A stretch of DNA of 64,000 nucleotides from Candidatus Krumholzibacteriia bacterium (GTDB lineage: Bacteria; Krumholzibacteriota; Krumholzibacteriia; Krumholzibacteriales; Krumholzibacteriaceae): positions 1,888,001 to 1,952,000 of the forward strand of contig CAWIIQ010000001.1 in NCBI GenBank assembly GCA_963836185.1. Reading direction: 5' to 3'. Made by a program: the position numbers and the translations under genes. Below the pieces are notes generated by a model, which saw only the letters and a program-made list of their open reading frames with translations, searched no databases and was not told the DNA's origin. Positions 41,962 to 53,461 of this stretch are shown here, one piece after another; within the stretch, counting starts at the first letter, position 1, and every line of letters starts with the position of its first letter.

Positions 41962-42840
41962 CTACCTCACATCCCCGAGCGCCTTTGTCCTCTTGATGTA
42001 GAAGAGAGAGAAGGCAAATAGGAGCGCGAATATGAATACTGAGAATGCCGCCGCGTACCCGTACCTGTAATAGGTGAATGCCGCCTTGTAAACGTATGTG
42101 ACGAGAATGTGGGTCTTGTCGGCGGGCAGGCCGCGGTCTGTTACGAGCCAGATCACGTTGATATTGTTGAATGTCCAGATAGTCCCGAGGATGATCGCCG
42201 GGGTCAGCACGGGCTTGAGCATAGGCAGGGTGATGTTGAAGAACTTTTTAAACGAAGAGGCGCCGTCGATGTCGGCTGCCTCGTAGAGGTCCTTCGGAAT
42301 CGACTGCAGCCCGCCCAGGGTCACGACCATGATAAACGGAAATCCGAGCCAGATGTTAGTCAGTATAGGCGCGATGAATGCCGCCGTCTCATTCGAGAAC
42401 CACTCGATCGCGGGCATGTGAAAGAGCTTTGTAAGGATCAGGTTCACAGAGCCGTACTGATAGTTGAACATCCCCTTCCAGGTCAGCGCGCTGATGTACT
42501 GCGGCATCGCCCATGGCAGAATCAGCAGGGCCCGGAATATCCCCCTCCCCCTTATGTTCCTGTTCAGCAACATCGCTATCGAGATGCCTAGGACCATGTG
42601 GAAGAAGAGGTTCACGAATGTCCAGATCAGCGTCTTCCCGAAATAGTACCAGAGATCCTTCTCGAAAAAGATATCGCGGTAGTTGCCCAGCCCCTTGACG
42701 CTGTAGTCGCGGATAGTGTAGAGCCCCATGTTCGTCGTCGATATGTAGAGGTTGTATACAAACGGATAGAAGACGACGAGCAGCAGCACGACGGCCGAGG
42801 GGAGCAGGAAGAACCATATGAGTGTTCTGGGTATACGCAT
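41962..42840 (-). CDS. malF: Maltodextrin-type ABC permease (MalF-like)
   Basis: GL.NY, LILPWAMP, WLGFPF, LQSIPKDLYEAADIDGAS, THILVTY, YGYAAA. Confidence 0.88.
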   Translation of the reverse strand: MRIPRTLIWFFLLPSAVVLLLVVFYPFVYNLYISTTNMGLYTIRDYSVKGLGNYRDIFFEKDLWYYFGKTLIWTFVNLFFHMVLGISIAMLLNRNIRGRGIFRALLILPWAMPQYISALTWKGMFNYQYGSVNLILTKLFHMPAIEWFSNETAAFIAPILTNIWLGFPFIMVVTLGGLQSIPKDLYEAADIDGASSFKKFFNITLPMLKPVLTPAIILGTIWTFNNINVIWLVTDRGLPADKTHILVTYVYKAAFTYYRYGYAAAFSVFIFALLFAFSLFYIKRTKALGDVR

Positions 42841-42909
42841 CTTCTCAGGCCCGGATTATATGCTTTCCCGGGCACCATGAGAATAAAAATCTTTCTTTTT
42901 ACCACGGGA

Positions 42910-42937
42910 TGTAACCTCCCCACCCTGCCAGGCGACT
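42910..42937 (+). promoter_or_regulatory. Putative ECF sigma promoter of the Spy/ECF/RND operon
   Basis: TGTAAC-N17-CGACT, ~55 nt upstream of ATG 42994, matching the general ECF -35 AAC / -10 CG pattern. Confidence 0.55.
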
Positions 42938-42993
42938 AATCCTGTGAAAGCCATGGCATCGCACTACTGCGGCAACGATAAAGGAGTTTCGAG

Positions 42994-43626
42994 ATGAATA
43001 CGAAAGAAAGCAGGAAGAAGATGAAAGGGATCGTCCGGTTCACTGGCGGCGGAGCCCTCCTACTGGCGATAATCGGCCTGATCATGTTTTCGCCTCTCAC
43101 CGCCAGTGAGCGGGGCGCCCGTCATGGACATGGGGATTTCGAGGCGGTCGAGGCCGGCGGAAATAATTTCGGGGCTATGAACGCCGGTCCGCGCCGCTTC
43201 GGAAACGGCCCTGAAGGGGGCATCGAGTTCTTCAAGATCGTCCTCGACCTCTCTGACAGCCAGGCAGAGGAGCTCGAACCGATCCTGGCGGAGCATCACG
43301 AGAAGATCGGCGAACTTCGCGGCAAGGGCAGGATGCAGGCCCGACAGGCGATGAGAATGAAACGGATGCACAGAAACGACGGCTGTGATAATGTCGATCA
43401 GGTCGAGATGCGGGCGAAGATGCGCAGGCAGAGACGCGAGTTCGAGAAGAACCGCAATACGATGCGCAAGCGTGTGGATAGAAACCGCGAAGAACTCGAC
43501 GAGAAGCTCGCGAAGGTCCTCGACGACGATCAGATGGAGAAGTATCTCAAGCTGCGCGAGTTGAGAGAAGAGGGCCGCGAGGAGCGCCGTGAGCATCGGC
43601 AGGAACGGCGCGGCAGGAAGATTTGA
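42994..43626 (+). CDS. Exported Spy/CpxP-like helical protein
   Basis: Signal peptide; LDLSDSQ, VLDDDQ.EKY motifs; Arg/Glu/Met-rich. Confidence 0.7.
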   Translation: MNTKESRKKMKGIVRFTGGGALLLAIIGLIMFSPLTASERGARHGHGDFEAVEAGGNNFGAMNAGPRRFGNGPEGGIEFFKIVLDLSDSQAEELEPILAEHHEKIGELRGKGRMQARQAMRMKRMHRNDGCDNVDQVEMRAKMRRQRREFEKNRNTMRKRVDRNREELDEKLAKVLDDDQMEKYLKLRELREEGREERREHRQERRGRKI

Positions 43627-44261
43627 ACGGCAGTACCGCATACGCGCTCAGTGTTCCAGCCCCGAGGGACGTCATGGAGACCGTAGAAAGAGATGACCTC
43701 GAGATCATAAGTGAAGTGCTCGACGGAGACACGAACAGGTTCGAGGTTCTGATAGACAGGCACAGGGAACACGTCTTCCGGATAGTCGGAAGGCGTGTTC
43801 CTCGCGAAGACATCGAGGAGGTCGCTCACGATGTCTTTGTCAGGGCCTGGTCCTCCCTCACCTCCTTCAGGGGTGAGAGCCCTTTTGCGTACTGGCTCTC
43901 GAAGATAGCGGTACGAACATGCCACGATTACTGGCGCGTGCGTTACCGATCGAAAGAGGCTCCGATGAGCTCTCTCGGAGAGGACCACGCCGACTGGCTC
44001 GAAAGCACGATGACCGGCGAGTCGGGGGCATCGTTCGAGAGCGGCGAGTCGCGGATGATCGCGAGGGACCTGATGATGAGAGCGCTCGCGCAGCTCTCCC
44101 CCGCCGACAGGGCGGTGATCGAGCTGGTCCACCTCGAGGAGAGGCCGGTCAGGGAAGCAGCCGACATGCTCGGCTGGAGCACGGCGAATGTCAAGGTCAG
44201 GGCTCACAGGTCGAGAAAGAAACTGAAAAAGATACTGGAGAAGATGGAGGAGACGAGATGA
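43623..44261 (+). CDS. ECF RNA polymerase sigma factor
   Basis: D.EII..VLDGD...FE.L, HDVFVRAW, SFRGESPF..WL..IA, EAADMLGWS..NVKVRAHR. Confidence 0.92.
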   Translation: MNGSTAYALSVPAPRDVMETVERDDLEIISEVLDGDTNRFEVLIDRHREHVFRIVGRRVPREDIEEVAHDVFVRAWSSLTSFRGESPFAYWLSKIAVRTCHDYWRVRYRSKEAPMSSLGEDHADWLESTMTGESGASFESGESRMIARDLMMRALAQLSPADRAVIELVHLEERPVREAADMLGWSTANVKVRAHRSRKKLKKILEKMEETR

Positions 44262-44560
44262 TAAAGAAGGATATAGACAGGATGGACCGGCTCCTCGCCG
44301 ATGGCTGGAGGAATCCGGGCGGCCTGGTGCCGGGGGATGACTGGAAGACAGGTGTGATGTCGGAGATACGCTCGACCGAGATGGAATCTCCGGTGACGAA
44401 CGGCTTCAGCCGCGTCGTACTGCGGGTGTCGGTCGCAGCGGCGCTGACTGCATTCGCACTGGTGGCCTGGACATTCGCTACGGGCCTGGTACCGTATCAG
44501 GAAATGGCGATGGAACTGCTCCAGGACCCGGTGAGCATATTCAGTTCACCGTTCGTATAG
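44258..44560 (+). CDS. Probable small membrane anti-sigma factor
   Basis: Overlaps the sigma stop; 100 aa; DWKTGVM..IR, then one TM helix. Confidence 0.6.
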   Translation: MIKKDIDRMDRLLADGWRNPGGLVPGDDWKTGVMSEIRSTEMESPVTNGFSRVVLRVSVAAALTAFALVAWTFATGLVPYQEMAMELLQDPVSIFSSPFV

Positions 44561-44572
44561 GACAGGAAGGAA

Positions 44573-45025
44573 ATGATCATGAAAGGCAAGACAAGGATAT
44601 GGATCGGGATGGTACTGCTCTTTATAAGCGGTATCGCCATCGGGTTCTTCGGCTCGGGGCTGGTCATCAGGAAGCATGTCCGGGACTTCGTCCAGAGAGG
44701 CCCGGCGCATATGAACTCGCGTTTAGTCGGGCATGCTATCCGGGGGATGGACCTGACCGACGAGCAGCAGGCGAAGATCGACGCTATCGTCGAAGAGACC
44801 ATGCCGGAGATGAAGCGCATGTCGAGCGAATTCGGCGATTCTCTCGAGACGCTCGCTACAATCCAGTTCGAGGCCATAAAGGCCGTCCTCGACGAGGAGC
44901 AGGTCAAGGTCCTCGAGAAGCGCATGGAGGAGATCCGCAAGAGGATGAAAGGGAGACGGGGCGGGATGCGCGGTGACAGGCGCGGGAGGAAAGAACACCA
45001 GGATGAGGACCCTCAGGGCGGTTGA
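44573..45025 (+). CDS. Second Spy/CpxP-like (heavy-metal-sensor-like) protein
   Basis: N-terminal TM, MDLTDEQQAKI, IKAVLDEEQ. Confidence 0.7.
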   Translation: MIMKGKTRIWIGMVLLFISGIAIGFFGSGLVIRKHVRDFVQRGPAHMNSRLVGHAIRGMDLTDEQQAKIDAIVEETMPEMKRMSSEFGDSLETLATIQFEAIKAVLDEEQVKVLEKRMEEIRKRMKGRRGGMRGDRRGRKEHQDEDPQGG

Positions 45026-45105
45026 TAACGATTCTGGAAATGAAAAGACATATATAGTATATTCTTCACTCGAATTATAAGTATCCACATATCCAGGGAG
45101 AGAGA

Positions 45106-46560
45106 TTGAGACTCCGACTCTATCTGATACTGCTTATATCCGCCACTGCGCTCCTCGCTTCATGCGGGCTCGGGTTCAGGACGGGCCCTGATTACGAGCG
45201 CCCCGAGGAAGTAGTGGAGTTCGAGGCTCCCGACTCATTCATCCAGGCAGATGGCGATACCATGCCTGTCCTCCCCCAGGTACGCTGGTGGGAGGTCTTC
45301 GGAGATACGACCCTCAACAGCCTCATCGACGAGGCGATGGTCAGCAACCTCGATATCCGCAGGGCCACCGCCTCAGTCGCCGAGATGTCAGCATACAGCC
45401 GCAAGGCCTTCGCGGACCGACTTCCCGCAATCGGAGTGAACGGAGACTGGGCGAGGCAGAAGCTGCCCGACGCCCAGACCGCACAGGGCGGGACGGTCGG
45501 AGGCTCGACCGACAGCTGGAACCTCTCTCTCGGCGCGTCGTACGAGTGGGACCTCTGGGGCAAATGGTCGAGGGCTCACGAGGCGGCCCGGGCCGATCTC
45601 GCCGGTTCGATAGAGAACAGGAACACGATCATCCAGTCGGTTATCTCCGAGACCGCTACACTTTACTTCCAGATAGAAGCGACCGAGCGCCGTATACAGA
45701 TATCAGAGGACCTGATCGGCAACTACGCCAAAAGCGTAAAGACGATCGAGGCACGCTATAAGAGGGGCCTGACCAGTGTCCTTGACCTTACCCAGGCTCA
45801 GCGCTCGCTCGCCAACGCCGAGTCGATCCTGCCGCAGTACAGGCAGGAGCTCGGCAAGCTCCAGTACAGGCTCGCCGTGATACTCGGCAGGTATCCCGAA
45901 TCTTCTCCCCCGAGGAAGCAGCCCGAGGAATATTTCAGGCGCCTCTCCCCCGTTCCCGCCGGACTGCCCTCCGACCTGCTCGAATCGAGGCCCGATGTGA
46001 GGGCCGCCGAGGAGAGGCTGCGGGCGCTCAACGCGAGGTATGGCGTCGCGGTCGGTAACCTCTTCCCGAGGATCACGCTGACCGGAAGCTACGGATATAC
46101 GAGCAGGGAACTCGACGGGCTCTTCCGGCCCGACCAGATCCTGTGGAACCTCTTTGCCGGGATCACTCAGCCGATATTCAACTCGCAGACACTCCTTACC
46201 GAGAAGGACGCCGCCAGGGCAAGGTACGAGCAGGGGCTGACCGATTACGCCAAGACGGTGCTTGGCGCGTTCGCCGAGGTCGAAGGCGCCCTGCTGACGA
46301 GAAAAGAACAGCTCGAGAAACGCGAATATATCATCGAATTCCTCGAAAAGGCCCGAATCACACAGGTGATCGCCCAGAGCAGGTACGACCGGGGCCTTGT
46401 CGACTATATAACGGTACTCGACGCGTGGGCCGCGAGGTTCCAGGCCGAGGACAGCCTCGTCCTCGTCGACCTTGCCATACTTACCAATCGCGTCACACTT
46501 CACCGCGCACTCGGCGGCAACTGGATAGAACCCGATAATACGGAGGAAGAGAACAGATGA
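45106..46560 (+). CDS. RND outer-membrane factor lipoprotein (NodT/OprM family)
   Basis: LLASC, GPDYERP, WWEVFGD, YEWDLWG, GLPSDLLESRPDV, RALGGNW. Confidence 0.93.
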   Translation: MRLRLYLILLISATALLASCGLGFRTGPDYERPEEVVEFEAPDSFIQADGDTMPVLPQVRWWEVFGDTTLNSLIDEAMVSNLDIRRATASVAEMSAYSRKAFADRLPAIGVNGDWARQKLPDAQTAQGGTVGGSTDSWNLSLGASYEWDLWGKWSRAHEAARADLAGSIENRNTIIQSVISETATLYFQIEATERRIQISEDLIGNYAKSVKTIEARYKRGLTSVLDLTQAQRSLANAESILPQYRQELGKLQYRLAVILGRYPESSPPRKQPEEYFRRLSPVPAGLPSDLLESRPDVRAAEERLRALNARYGVAVGNLFPRITLTGSYGYTSRELDGLFRPDQILWNLFAGITQPIFNSQTLLTEKDAARARYEQGLTDYAKTVLGAFAEVEGALLTRKEQLEKREYIIEFLEKARITQVIAQSRYDRGLVDYITVLDAWAARFQAEDSLVLVDLAILTNRVTLHRALGGNWIEPDNTEEENR

Positions 46561-47761
46561 GTCTCAAGGAGAAGATACTCGAATTCAGGGAGAAGAGGCC
46601 AGCGGCTTTCCAGGTATCGGTCATAGCCGCGCTTATCATAGTCGCCATCCTCATCTTCGCCGTGATGATGTCCACACGCGAAGAGGTGATCAGGCAGAAG
46701 ATGACCCTTCCCGCCCCCAAGGTGAAGACGGCAGTCGCCGAAGTCGGCCCCACGCGGGTCAGGATCACGGGTGAAGGGACGGTATCACCGCTTCGTGAGA
46801 TCGATCTCGTACCGCAGGTAGGCGGCAGGGTCGTATTCATGTCGCCATGCACTGGTAGATGGCGGAGAATTCGAAAAGGGTGATGTCCTTTTCCGCATAG
46901 ACCCGGTCGATTACAAGCTCGCCGTCCAGTCGGCCCTGGCCAGGGTCAAGGATCTCGAGAGCAAGATGATGCTCACCGAGGAAGAGGCTGAGGCGGCCCA
47001 GGAGGAATGGAATATACAGACCGATAACGACGGCACATCTCCGCCGCCGCTCGTCGCCAAGGAGCCTCAGCTCGCAGCGGCGAAGGCAGCGCTCGACGGA
47101 GCGAAGGCCGACCTCGACAAGGCGCGGCTCAATCTCGAGAGGACATCTATAAAGGCCCCGTTCGATGGAAGGATCAGCTCGAAATCTGTCGACCTCGGAC
47201 AGTTCGTCGCGGTCGGACAGAAGCTCGCCAGGATGTTCTCAGTCGAAGCGGCCGAGATCATGGTACCCCTCGAGGATGTCGACCTTAGATGGATCGAGGT
47301 CCCCGGATTTACCGCCGGAGAGACGAGTGAATCTACAGCTTCCGTCATAGCGACGATCGCCGGGCACAAATCGAACGTGCCGGCCAGGCTGATGCGCACG
47401 GAGGGAAGGCTCGATGAGCGGACCAGGATGGTAAACGTCATCGTCCGTGTCGAAAGGCCGTACGACGAGAGGCCACCGCTCGTGATGGGCCTCTTCGTCC
47501 GTGTCGAGATAGAGGGAGTGACACTGCCTGCAGCGACATGGCTGCCTCGGAGCGCAGTCCATGACGGCGATACTGTCTACATCGTCGATGGGGAGAGCAG
47601 GATCAGGTTCAGGAAGGTCGAGATCGCCCGTTACGACCGTGACGACGTCCTCATCGAGTTCGGGGCTCGAGAGCGGCGACCTGATCGTCGTCTCGGCGAT
47701 GAAGATCGTGACCGAGGGAATGAAGGTCACCCAGTCCACGCCGGAGGTCGAAGGCGAATGA
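46557..47761 (+). CDS. RND membrane-fusion protein; frameshifts near 46848 and 47662
   Basis: TM, PQVGGRV, F.KGD.LF.IDP.DY, KEPQL..A.A, LERT.IKAPFDG, GLFV, GL..GD.IV. Confidence 0.88.
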
Positions 47762-50700
47762 ACGGCATCATCGGCTGGTTTACAAAGAATCATGTGGCGG
47801 CCAACCTCCTGATGATATTCCTCATTCTGGCGGGATTCATGACCGTGCAGAATATCAAGATAGAGACCTTCCCCGAGTTCGCCCCCGATATGATATCGAT
47901 CTCGATGGAGTATCCCGGAGCTTCGCCCGAAGAGGTCGAGGAGGCCGTGATACGCAGGATCGAGGAGCGTGTCGCCGGCCTTGCAGGGATAAAGAAGATC
48001 ACGGCCTCGGCCCGCGAGAGCTTCGGCAGCGTCACGATAGAGGTGTTGAGCAACTGGGACCTCGATCTGCTGACCAACGAGGTCAAGAGCGAGGTCGACC
48101 GGATCAGGACATTCCCCAACGAGGCGGAAAAGCCGATCGTCCGTCAGATCGTTCGCAAGAACCAGGTGATAAACCTCGCCCTGTACGGGGACGCACCCGA
48201 GCCGACGATCAAGCACCTCGCCGAGAAGATAAAAGCCGACCTGGTGAACCTCCCCGGTATCACGCTCGTCGAGATATTCGGTGTCCGCAGGGCCGAGATA
48301 CATCTCGACATCTCGGAGAGCAACCTCAGGCGGTACGGCCTCACGCTTGACCGCGTCGCCTCTATCGTCCAGCAGTCGAGCCTCGATATGCCCGCCGGTT
48401 CGGTCAAATCGAAGGAAGGCACGGTCCTGATCAGGACCAAGGGGCGCAGGTACACTGCCGAGGATTACGCCGACATAGCGATCATAACGAATCCCGACGG
48501 CTCGAAGGTGACCCTCGGACAGATCGCGACACTGACGGACGGATACGAGGACACCGACCTTAAGGTCTCGACACGCGGCAAGCCGGCAGCCTTCGTCGAG
48601 GTATACCGCGTCGCCGACCAGAGCGCGCTGAAGGTCGCCTCGAGGGTCAAGGAATACGTGGCAGATATCAAGGGCGACCTTCCCGAGGGGATGGATATCG
48701 TCTTCTTCAGGGACCGCTCCCTTATACTCAAGAGCAGGATCAACCTCCTCGTCAAGAACATGGCCCTCGGCCTCGTCCTCGTGATCATTCTCCTCTCTCT
48801 GTTCCTCGACGTGAGGCTCGCATTCTGGGTGACGATGGGCATCCCGATCTCGTTTGCGACGGGATTGATACTGCTGCCCTTTTTCAACATCTCGATCAAC
48901 ATGATCTCCCTCTTCGCGTTCATACTGATCCTTGGAATTGTGGTCGATGACGCCATCGTCATAGGCGAGAACATCTACCGCAAGCGCGAGAAGGGTGTCC
49001 CGAACTTCGAGGCTGCAGTGACAGGCGCCTCGCAGGTCAGCAAGCCGGTCATCTTCGCCGTACTCACCACGATGGCGGCGTTCTGGCCCCTTCTGATGAT
49101 TCCCGGTACGCGCGGCAACATAATGCGCAACATCCCTATCGTAGTTATCGCCGTTCTGGCCGGATCGCTGATCGAGGCACTCCTCATACTCCCCGCCCAC
49201 CTCGCCAGGTGCAGCTTCAAGCAGTTCTGCGTCGATCCTTCGGAGAGAAAACAGAAGCGCATGGATAAATGGCTAAAGGATTTTGTCAAAGGCCATTACC
49301 GCAATTTCCTCGCGTTCTGTCTGAAGTGGAGATATGCGACAGTGGCGGTCGGAGCGGCCGTCCTCATACTGACGCTCGGCCTTATCACGAGCGGCCGTAT
49401 CAAGCTCACGATATTCCCCCGCCTCGATGCGGACAACCTCATATGCTCGATCGTCATGCCTCCGAGCACACCCCTGAGCCGGACCGAGGAGGTCCTTGCT
49501 CACATAGAGAAGGCGGCCCTCGAGACGATGGCCGAGGCCGACGCGAATCGGCCCGATGACGCGCCGTCGGTGATGGAGGATTACTTCACCCTGATCGGTG
49601 TTCACATGGGAGGCGGAGGCCCCTTCGGTTCGGTCTCGAGCGGAGCGAACCTCGCCCAGGTCCATATCCAGCTGCTCGAGGGTGAGAAAAGGGACCTCAA
49701 GTCGAGGTACCTCGTCAACGAGTGGCGCAAGAAGGTCGGCATCATCCCCGAAGCGGAATCGATCGCCTTCCGCGGCCAGATCGGGAGCTCCGACGCACCC
49801 ATCGAGGTCCAGCTTTCAGCCGACGACAACGACAAGCTCTTCGAAGCGGTCGAATCGCTGAAGGACGAGCTGCGCGAGTACCCGGGACTGATGGAAGTCG
49901 CCGACGACTACATGCCGGGCAAGGAGGAGATGCAGCTCAAACTCAAGCCCGAGGCACGTTCCCTCGGGACTGACCCTGCGCGACCTCGCAAGCCAGGTCA
50001 GGGCGGCCTTCTACGGCGCCGAGGCGCTGCGCCTCCAGATCGGCGAGGACGAGGTCAAGGTCCTCGTCCGGTATCCCGACGGCGAGCGCAGGTCGCTGGG
50101 CAACGTCAGCAGCATGAGGATCCGGATGCCCGACGGCACGGAGGTCCCCTTCAGACAGGTCGCCGAGGTCAACACGGTCCAGGGTTACGCGACTATCCAG
50201 AGGGCCTACCGCAAGAGGGTCATCGCCGTCTCGGCCGATATCGTGGAGGGACAGGCGAACACCACAGAGGTCAACCGCGCCCTCGAGTCGAGAATACTCC
50301 CCTCGATGCGCGAGAGGCATCCCGAGGTCCGCTTCGCGATCGAAGGCGAGAGCCGCGAGGACAATGAGTTCATGGGCTCGATCCTCAAGTCGTTCATGAT
50401 CGCCCTCTTTCTGATATACGCCCTGCTCGCGGTACCGTTCAGATCGTTCGCTCAGCCGCTTATCGTCATGGCGGCTATCCCCTTCGGGATGGTCGGCGCA
50501 GTGCTGGGCCACAAGCTGATGGGGTACGACCTGAGCATGATGAGCCTCTTCGGGATAGTCGGCCTGTCCGGTGTAGTGGTTAACGATTCGCTCGTGCTTA
50601 TCGAGGCGACTAACAGGATCCGCGAGGGCGGCAGGACCGCCATCGAATCGATCAGCTGCTGCGGGCGAGCTGAGGTTCAGGGCCATCATCCTGACATCGA

Positions 50701-50897
50701 TAACGACCTTCGGCGGCCTGCTCCCGATGCTTCTGGAGAGGTCGCTCCAGGCGAAGTTCCTCATCCCGATGGCCGCGGGGCTCGGATGGGGAGTGCTCTT
50801 CGCAACGGGGATAACCCTGGTGATAATCCCGTGCCTCTACCTCATCCTCGAGGATGTGCACGGGCTTATAGAGAAGGTATTTCCAGCCTCCACATAA
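47758..50897 (+). CDS. RND efflux permease; frameshifts near 49967 and 50657
   Basis: [60 protein letters not shown]; stop TAA 50895-50897. Confidence 0.92.
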
Positions 50898-51527
50898 TCA
50901 CGCCTTCATCGCCTTCGCTCGTTTCCGTACGATTCGGGCGATCACGGGATACGCAAACCAGGACAACTCCCAGACGATCGGGCCGACGAATGCAAATGGA
51001 ACGGTCAGGGCCGCTGTGAGCGGTTCACCGGTTATGGATACTGCAGTCTGTCTGGCCTGGAGGTCCGTAACGTCATCGCGGAGGAGGCGCCGGTCCTTAC
51101 ACGCATAGCGCCAGGCGAGGGCACCCCACAAACCGACGTTGGCTGCAGCAAGGCTCTCGAAGACACGGGCGCCGAGTGCATCGCCGATTTCGATCCCCAT
51201 CCTGAGCGAATAGAGAAAGAGGAGCACAGAGAAGATCTGAATGATCGACAGTATGGTGTGCTTCGTATCGGTTCCGGCCAGCATACTCGAGAGTTTGTTG
51301 TTCTGGAGCCAGTATACGATGGTGAAGGTAAATCCGACGAGAATCACCAGCAATGCGAGCCATTCAGATCGAAAGTACTCTCCGAGTGATGCCCAGTTTG
51401 TGTCGCTGACCCCCGGCCGGGGAATCAGCAGGAAGATGCGCCAGATTGTGACTCCATAGACTACATCAGCCAGCGTGCCGAGCCGTTGCAGTTGCCGGAC
51501 GCCTGGATCGGGGGCGCTATTACTCAT
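50898..51527 (-). CDS. TMEM175/DUF1211-like membrane protein
   Basis: RLGTLADVVYGVTI resembles RLEAFSDGVFAIA; YW..N motif; about 6 TM segments. Confidence 0.6.
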   Translation of the reverse strand: MSNSAPDPGVRQLQRLGTLADVVYGVTIWRIFLLIPRPGVSDTNWASLGEYFRSEWLALLVILVGFTFTIVYWLQNNKLSSMLAGTDTKHTILSIIQIFSVLLFLYSLRMGIEIGDALGARVFESLAAANVGLWGALAWRYACKDRRLLRDDVTDLQARQTAVSITGEPLTAALTVPFAFVGPIVWELSWFAYPVIARIVRKRAKAMKA

Positions 51528-51548
51528 GACAGGTCCTCCTTTTGAACC

Positions 51549-52577
51549 CTATTGAACTCCTCCCCAGGAGTACTGGTAGGTAGCGGCCAGGGCATTGAAT
51601 TCCGGACCCCTTTCATGCCTCTTTCCAGTAAGGGCGGTGATCTTGACAGTGTGATTCCCGACTATGGGAACGGCCAGTGTCAAGCCTAACCGGAACGTCG
51701 AGATCCTCGTATCTCTCAGCTGACCGTTTACCTCGGTCCTGCCCCCCAGGGCGTAACCTACGTCGAGCGCGAGCCAGCTTCGAACGCGGGGCATGGTGTA
51801 GATCGCGTGCAGCTTTATTGCTCCCAGCGGAAGCTGCTTCAGCTCATTGCCCCCGTAGAAATCAGGATTCTTCGTGAAGAACCGTGCGCTGAGATAAGTC
51901 TCCAGGATCCAGTTACCCAACGTGACAGCCGCGCCCAGCTGCGGCCTGAAGGTCCACCGGTTCGAGCCGAGGTTTATCAGTTTGTCAGGATAATACTGCC
52001 CCAGCGGCACAGTCATCTGAAGGGAACCCCCTATCACGACGCCCTTCCCGTCACCACTCTGTCCTCCGGCACCATCGGAAGAATTGCCGAGAAAATTTAC
52101 TGCAAACCGTAAACGGGGATCGCCGAAGCCGTTTCGACTCGTCGAAGTATCCTGCTCCGCGAGAAGACCTTCCCATGAGCCTGCGACATACGGAACGAGA
52201 ATGTCGATCTTGCTCGAAATGTCGAAGAAAGTCAGGGAACGGAGGTAGCCCCCGACAAAGGTGTTGATATCAGCGTCGAGGTCCTCTATCGGTAAAGCCG
52301 GATCAAGAAGTATATCGCCTTTAGAGTATCCGTAATTGAGCAGAGCGAAATTCATCCCCACCGGCAGTTTGGTCAGCAGCCGGGGTTCGAGTTCCTGTGC
52401 CTGGACCGAGCGTGGAATAGCGCAGACTGTCAGCAGCGTGCATAAAACAACGAAAGCCGTTCTCCATGAACGGTATCGGTCAGATTGCGCCCTGTTTTTC
52501 ATTCTCTGTAATCCAATCAGCACCTCTATCTGTTCTTTCGCAAACAGAGCCGGGGCCTGGTACTGAGGTTGTCCCAT
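51549..52577 (-). CDS. Outer-membrane beta-barrel of the MetA-pathway phenol-degradation/'transporter' family
   Basis: AQELEPR...PVG.N, GFGDP.LR...N, PLGQY...KLINLGSNRW..RP..G, YQYSW. Start may be 52502. Confidence 0.75.
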   Translation of the reverse strand: MGQPQYQAPALFAKEQIEVLIGLQRMKNRAQSDRYRSWRTAFVVLCTLLTVCAIPRSVQAQELEPRLLTKLPVGMNFALLNYGYSKGDILLDPALPIEDLDADINTFVGGYLRSLTFFDISSKIDILVPYVAGSWEGLLAEQDTSTSRNGFGDPRLRFAVNFLGNSSDGAGGQSGDGKGVVIGGSLQMTVPLGQYYPDKLINLGSNRWTFRPQLGAAVTLGNWILETYLSARFFTKNPDFYGGNELKQLPLGAIKLHAIYTMPRVRSWLALDVGYALGGRTEVNGQLRDTRISTFRLGLTLAVPIVGNHTVKITALTGKRHERGPEFNALAATYQYSWGGVQ

Positions 52578-52592
52578 ATATAATCCATGAGT

Positions 52593-53429
52593 CTAGAAGC
52601 CAACGGGCAGCTGATACTGGATATTCACCCTGAACGCGTGCCCCGGTACCGGCCCCGGCCAGTCGTCGTAATAGACGGCCGTCGAGTACTCGACGTAGGC
52701 GTTCCAGGTATCTGATTCCCCGACAAACGCCTTGCCGAGACGTACCCCGAACGGTATGAACCATGCATTCTGGTCCCAGCTGTAGTTGACCACATAGTCG
52801 CCGTTACCGATGTACCATCCGTTTCCGAGCTGATAGACGAGGATCAGGTTGATCCCTATCGGCGCGGCCGTCGTCGCCTCACTGTCCCCCTTCTTGCTCC
52901 AGACCTGCTGGAGAAGGACGGCGAGGTAAAGCTTGTCACTGAGTTCGCGTTGGGTGACCGCTCCAGCGAGACCCATCCCCCAGTTCGTGTTCCCGAATCC
53001 GTCCTGGGCCGGGAAATTTATCTGCGGGCCTATACCCCAGCGTCCCTGGGCCCATTCCTGCGCGATGCCGAGGACGAAGATATCGGAGTTCCCCCAGCCC
53101 CATTCCTCCTGGGCGTTCTGCTGATACCTGACGGTAAGGCGCGGAAGCATCGTGAACGGTATGCTCTCCGACTTGGAGATCGGGGCGACGAGGCGGAACT
53201 GCAGGAATCCCTTTCTTCCCTCGGGATGGTTCTCCTTGTAGTCCCAGAATCCCTCTCCGGCGAGCTGGAACGACCACTGTGACGCCGTCGCGTCGACAGC
53301 CATCGACTCGCGGCTCTGCTCCTGGGCCGAAGCAGCGCTCGCTGAGATGAGTATGAACATGACAACTGCCGCCATCCTCAGCCTCAAGGCTCCTCCTGCC
53401 ACTCCGGATCTACGTCCAAATACGGCCAT
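52593..53429 (-). CDS. Putative outer-membrane beta-barrel protein
   Basis: RBS GGAGG before ATG 53429; signal peptide ASAASA-Q; WGIGP, GNTNW.MG, YQL.NGWY; ends in F. Confidence 0.65.
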   Translation of the reverse strand: MAVFGRRSGVAGGALRLRMAAVVMFILISASAASAQEQSRESMAVDATASQWSFQLAGEGFWDYKENHPEGRKGFLQFRLVAPISKSESIPFTMLPRLTVRYQQNAQEEWGWGNSDIFVLGIAQEWAQGRWGIGPQINFPAQDGFGNTNWGMGLAGAVTQRELSDKLYLAVLLQQVWSKKGDSEATTAAPIGINLILVYQLGNGWYIGNGDYVVNYSWDQNAWFIPFGVRLGKAFVGESDTWNAYVEYSTAVYYDDWPGPVPGHAFRVNIQYQLPVGF

Positions 53430-53461
53430 TACGGCCTCCTTCCTGTTCACAAGTAACGATT

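Noticed and set aside
3140-49200. Many long overlapping ORFs (e.g. 3140-4231, 9068-10705, 15277-16209, 22134-23333, 35541-37070, 47239-49200)
   Set aside because: Antisense or off-frame shadows of well-supported genes in GC-rich DNA, some extended by frameshift errors.
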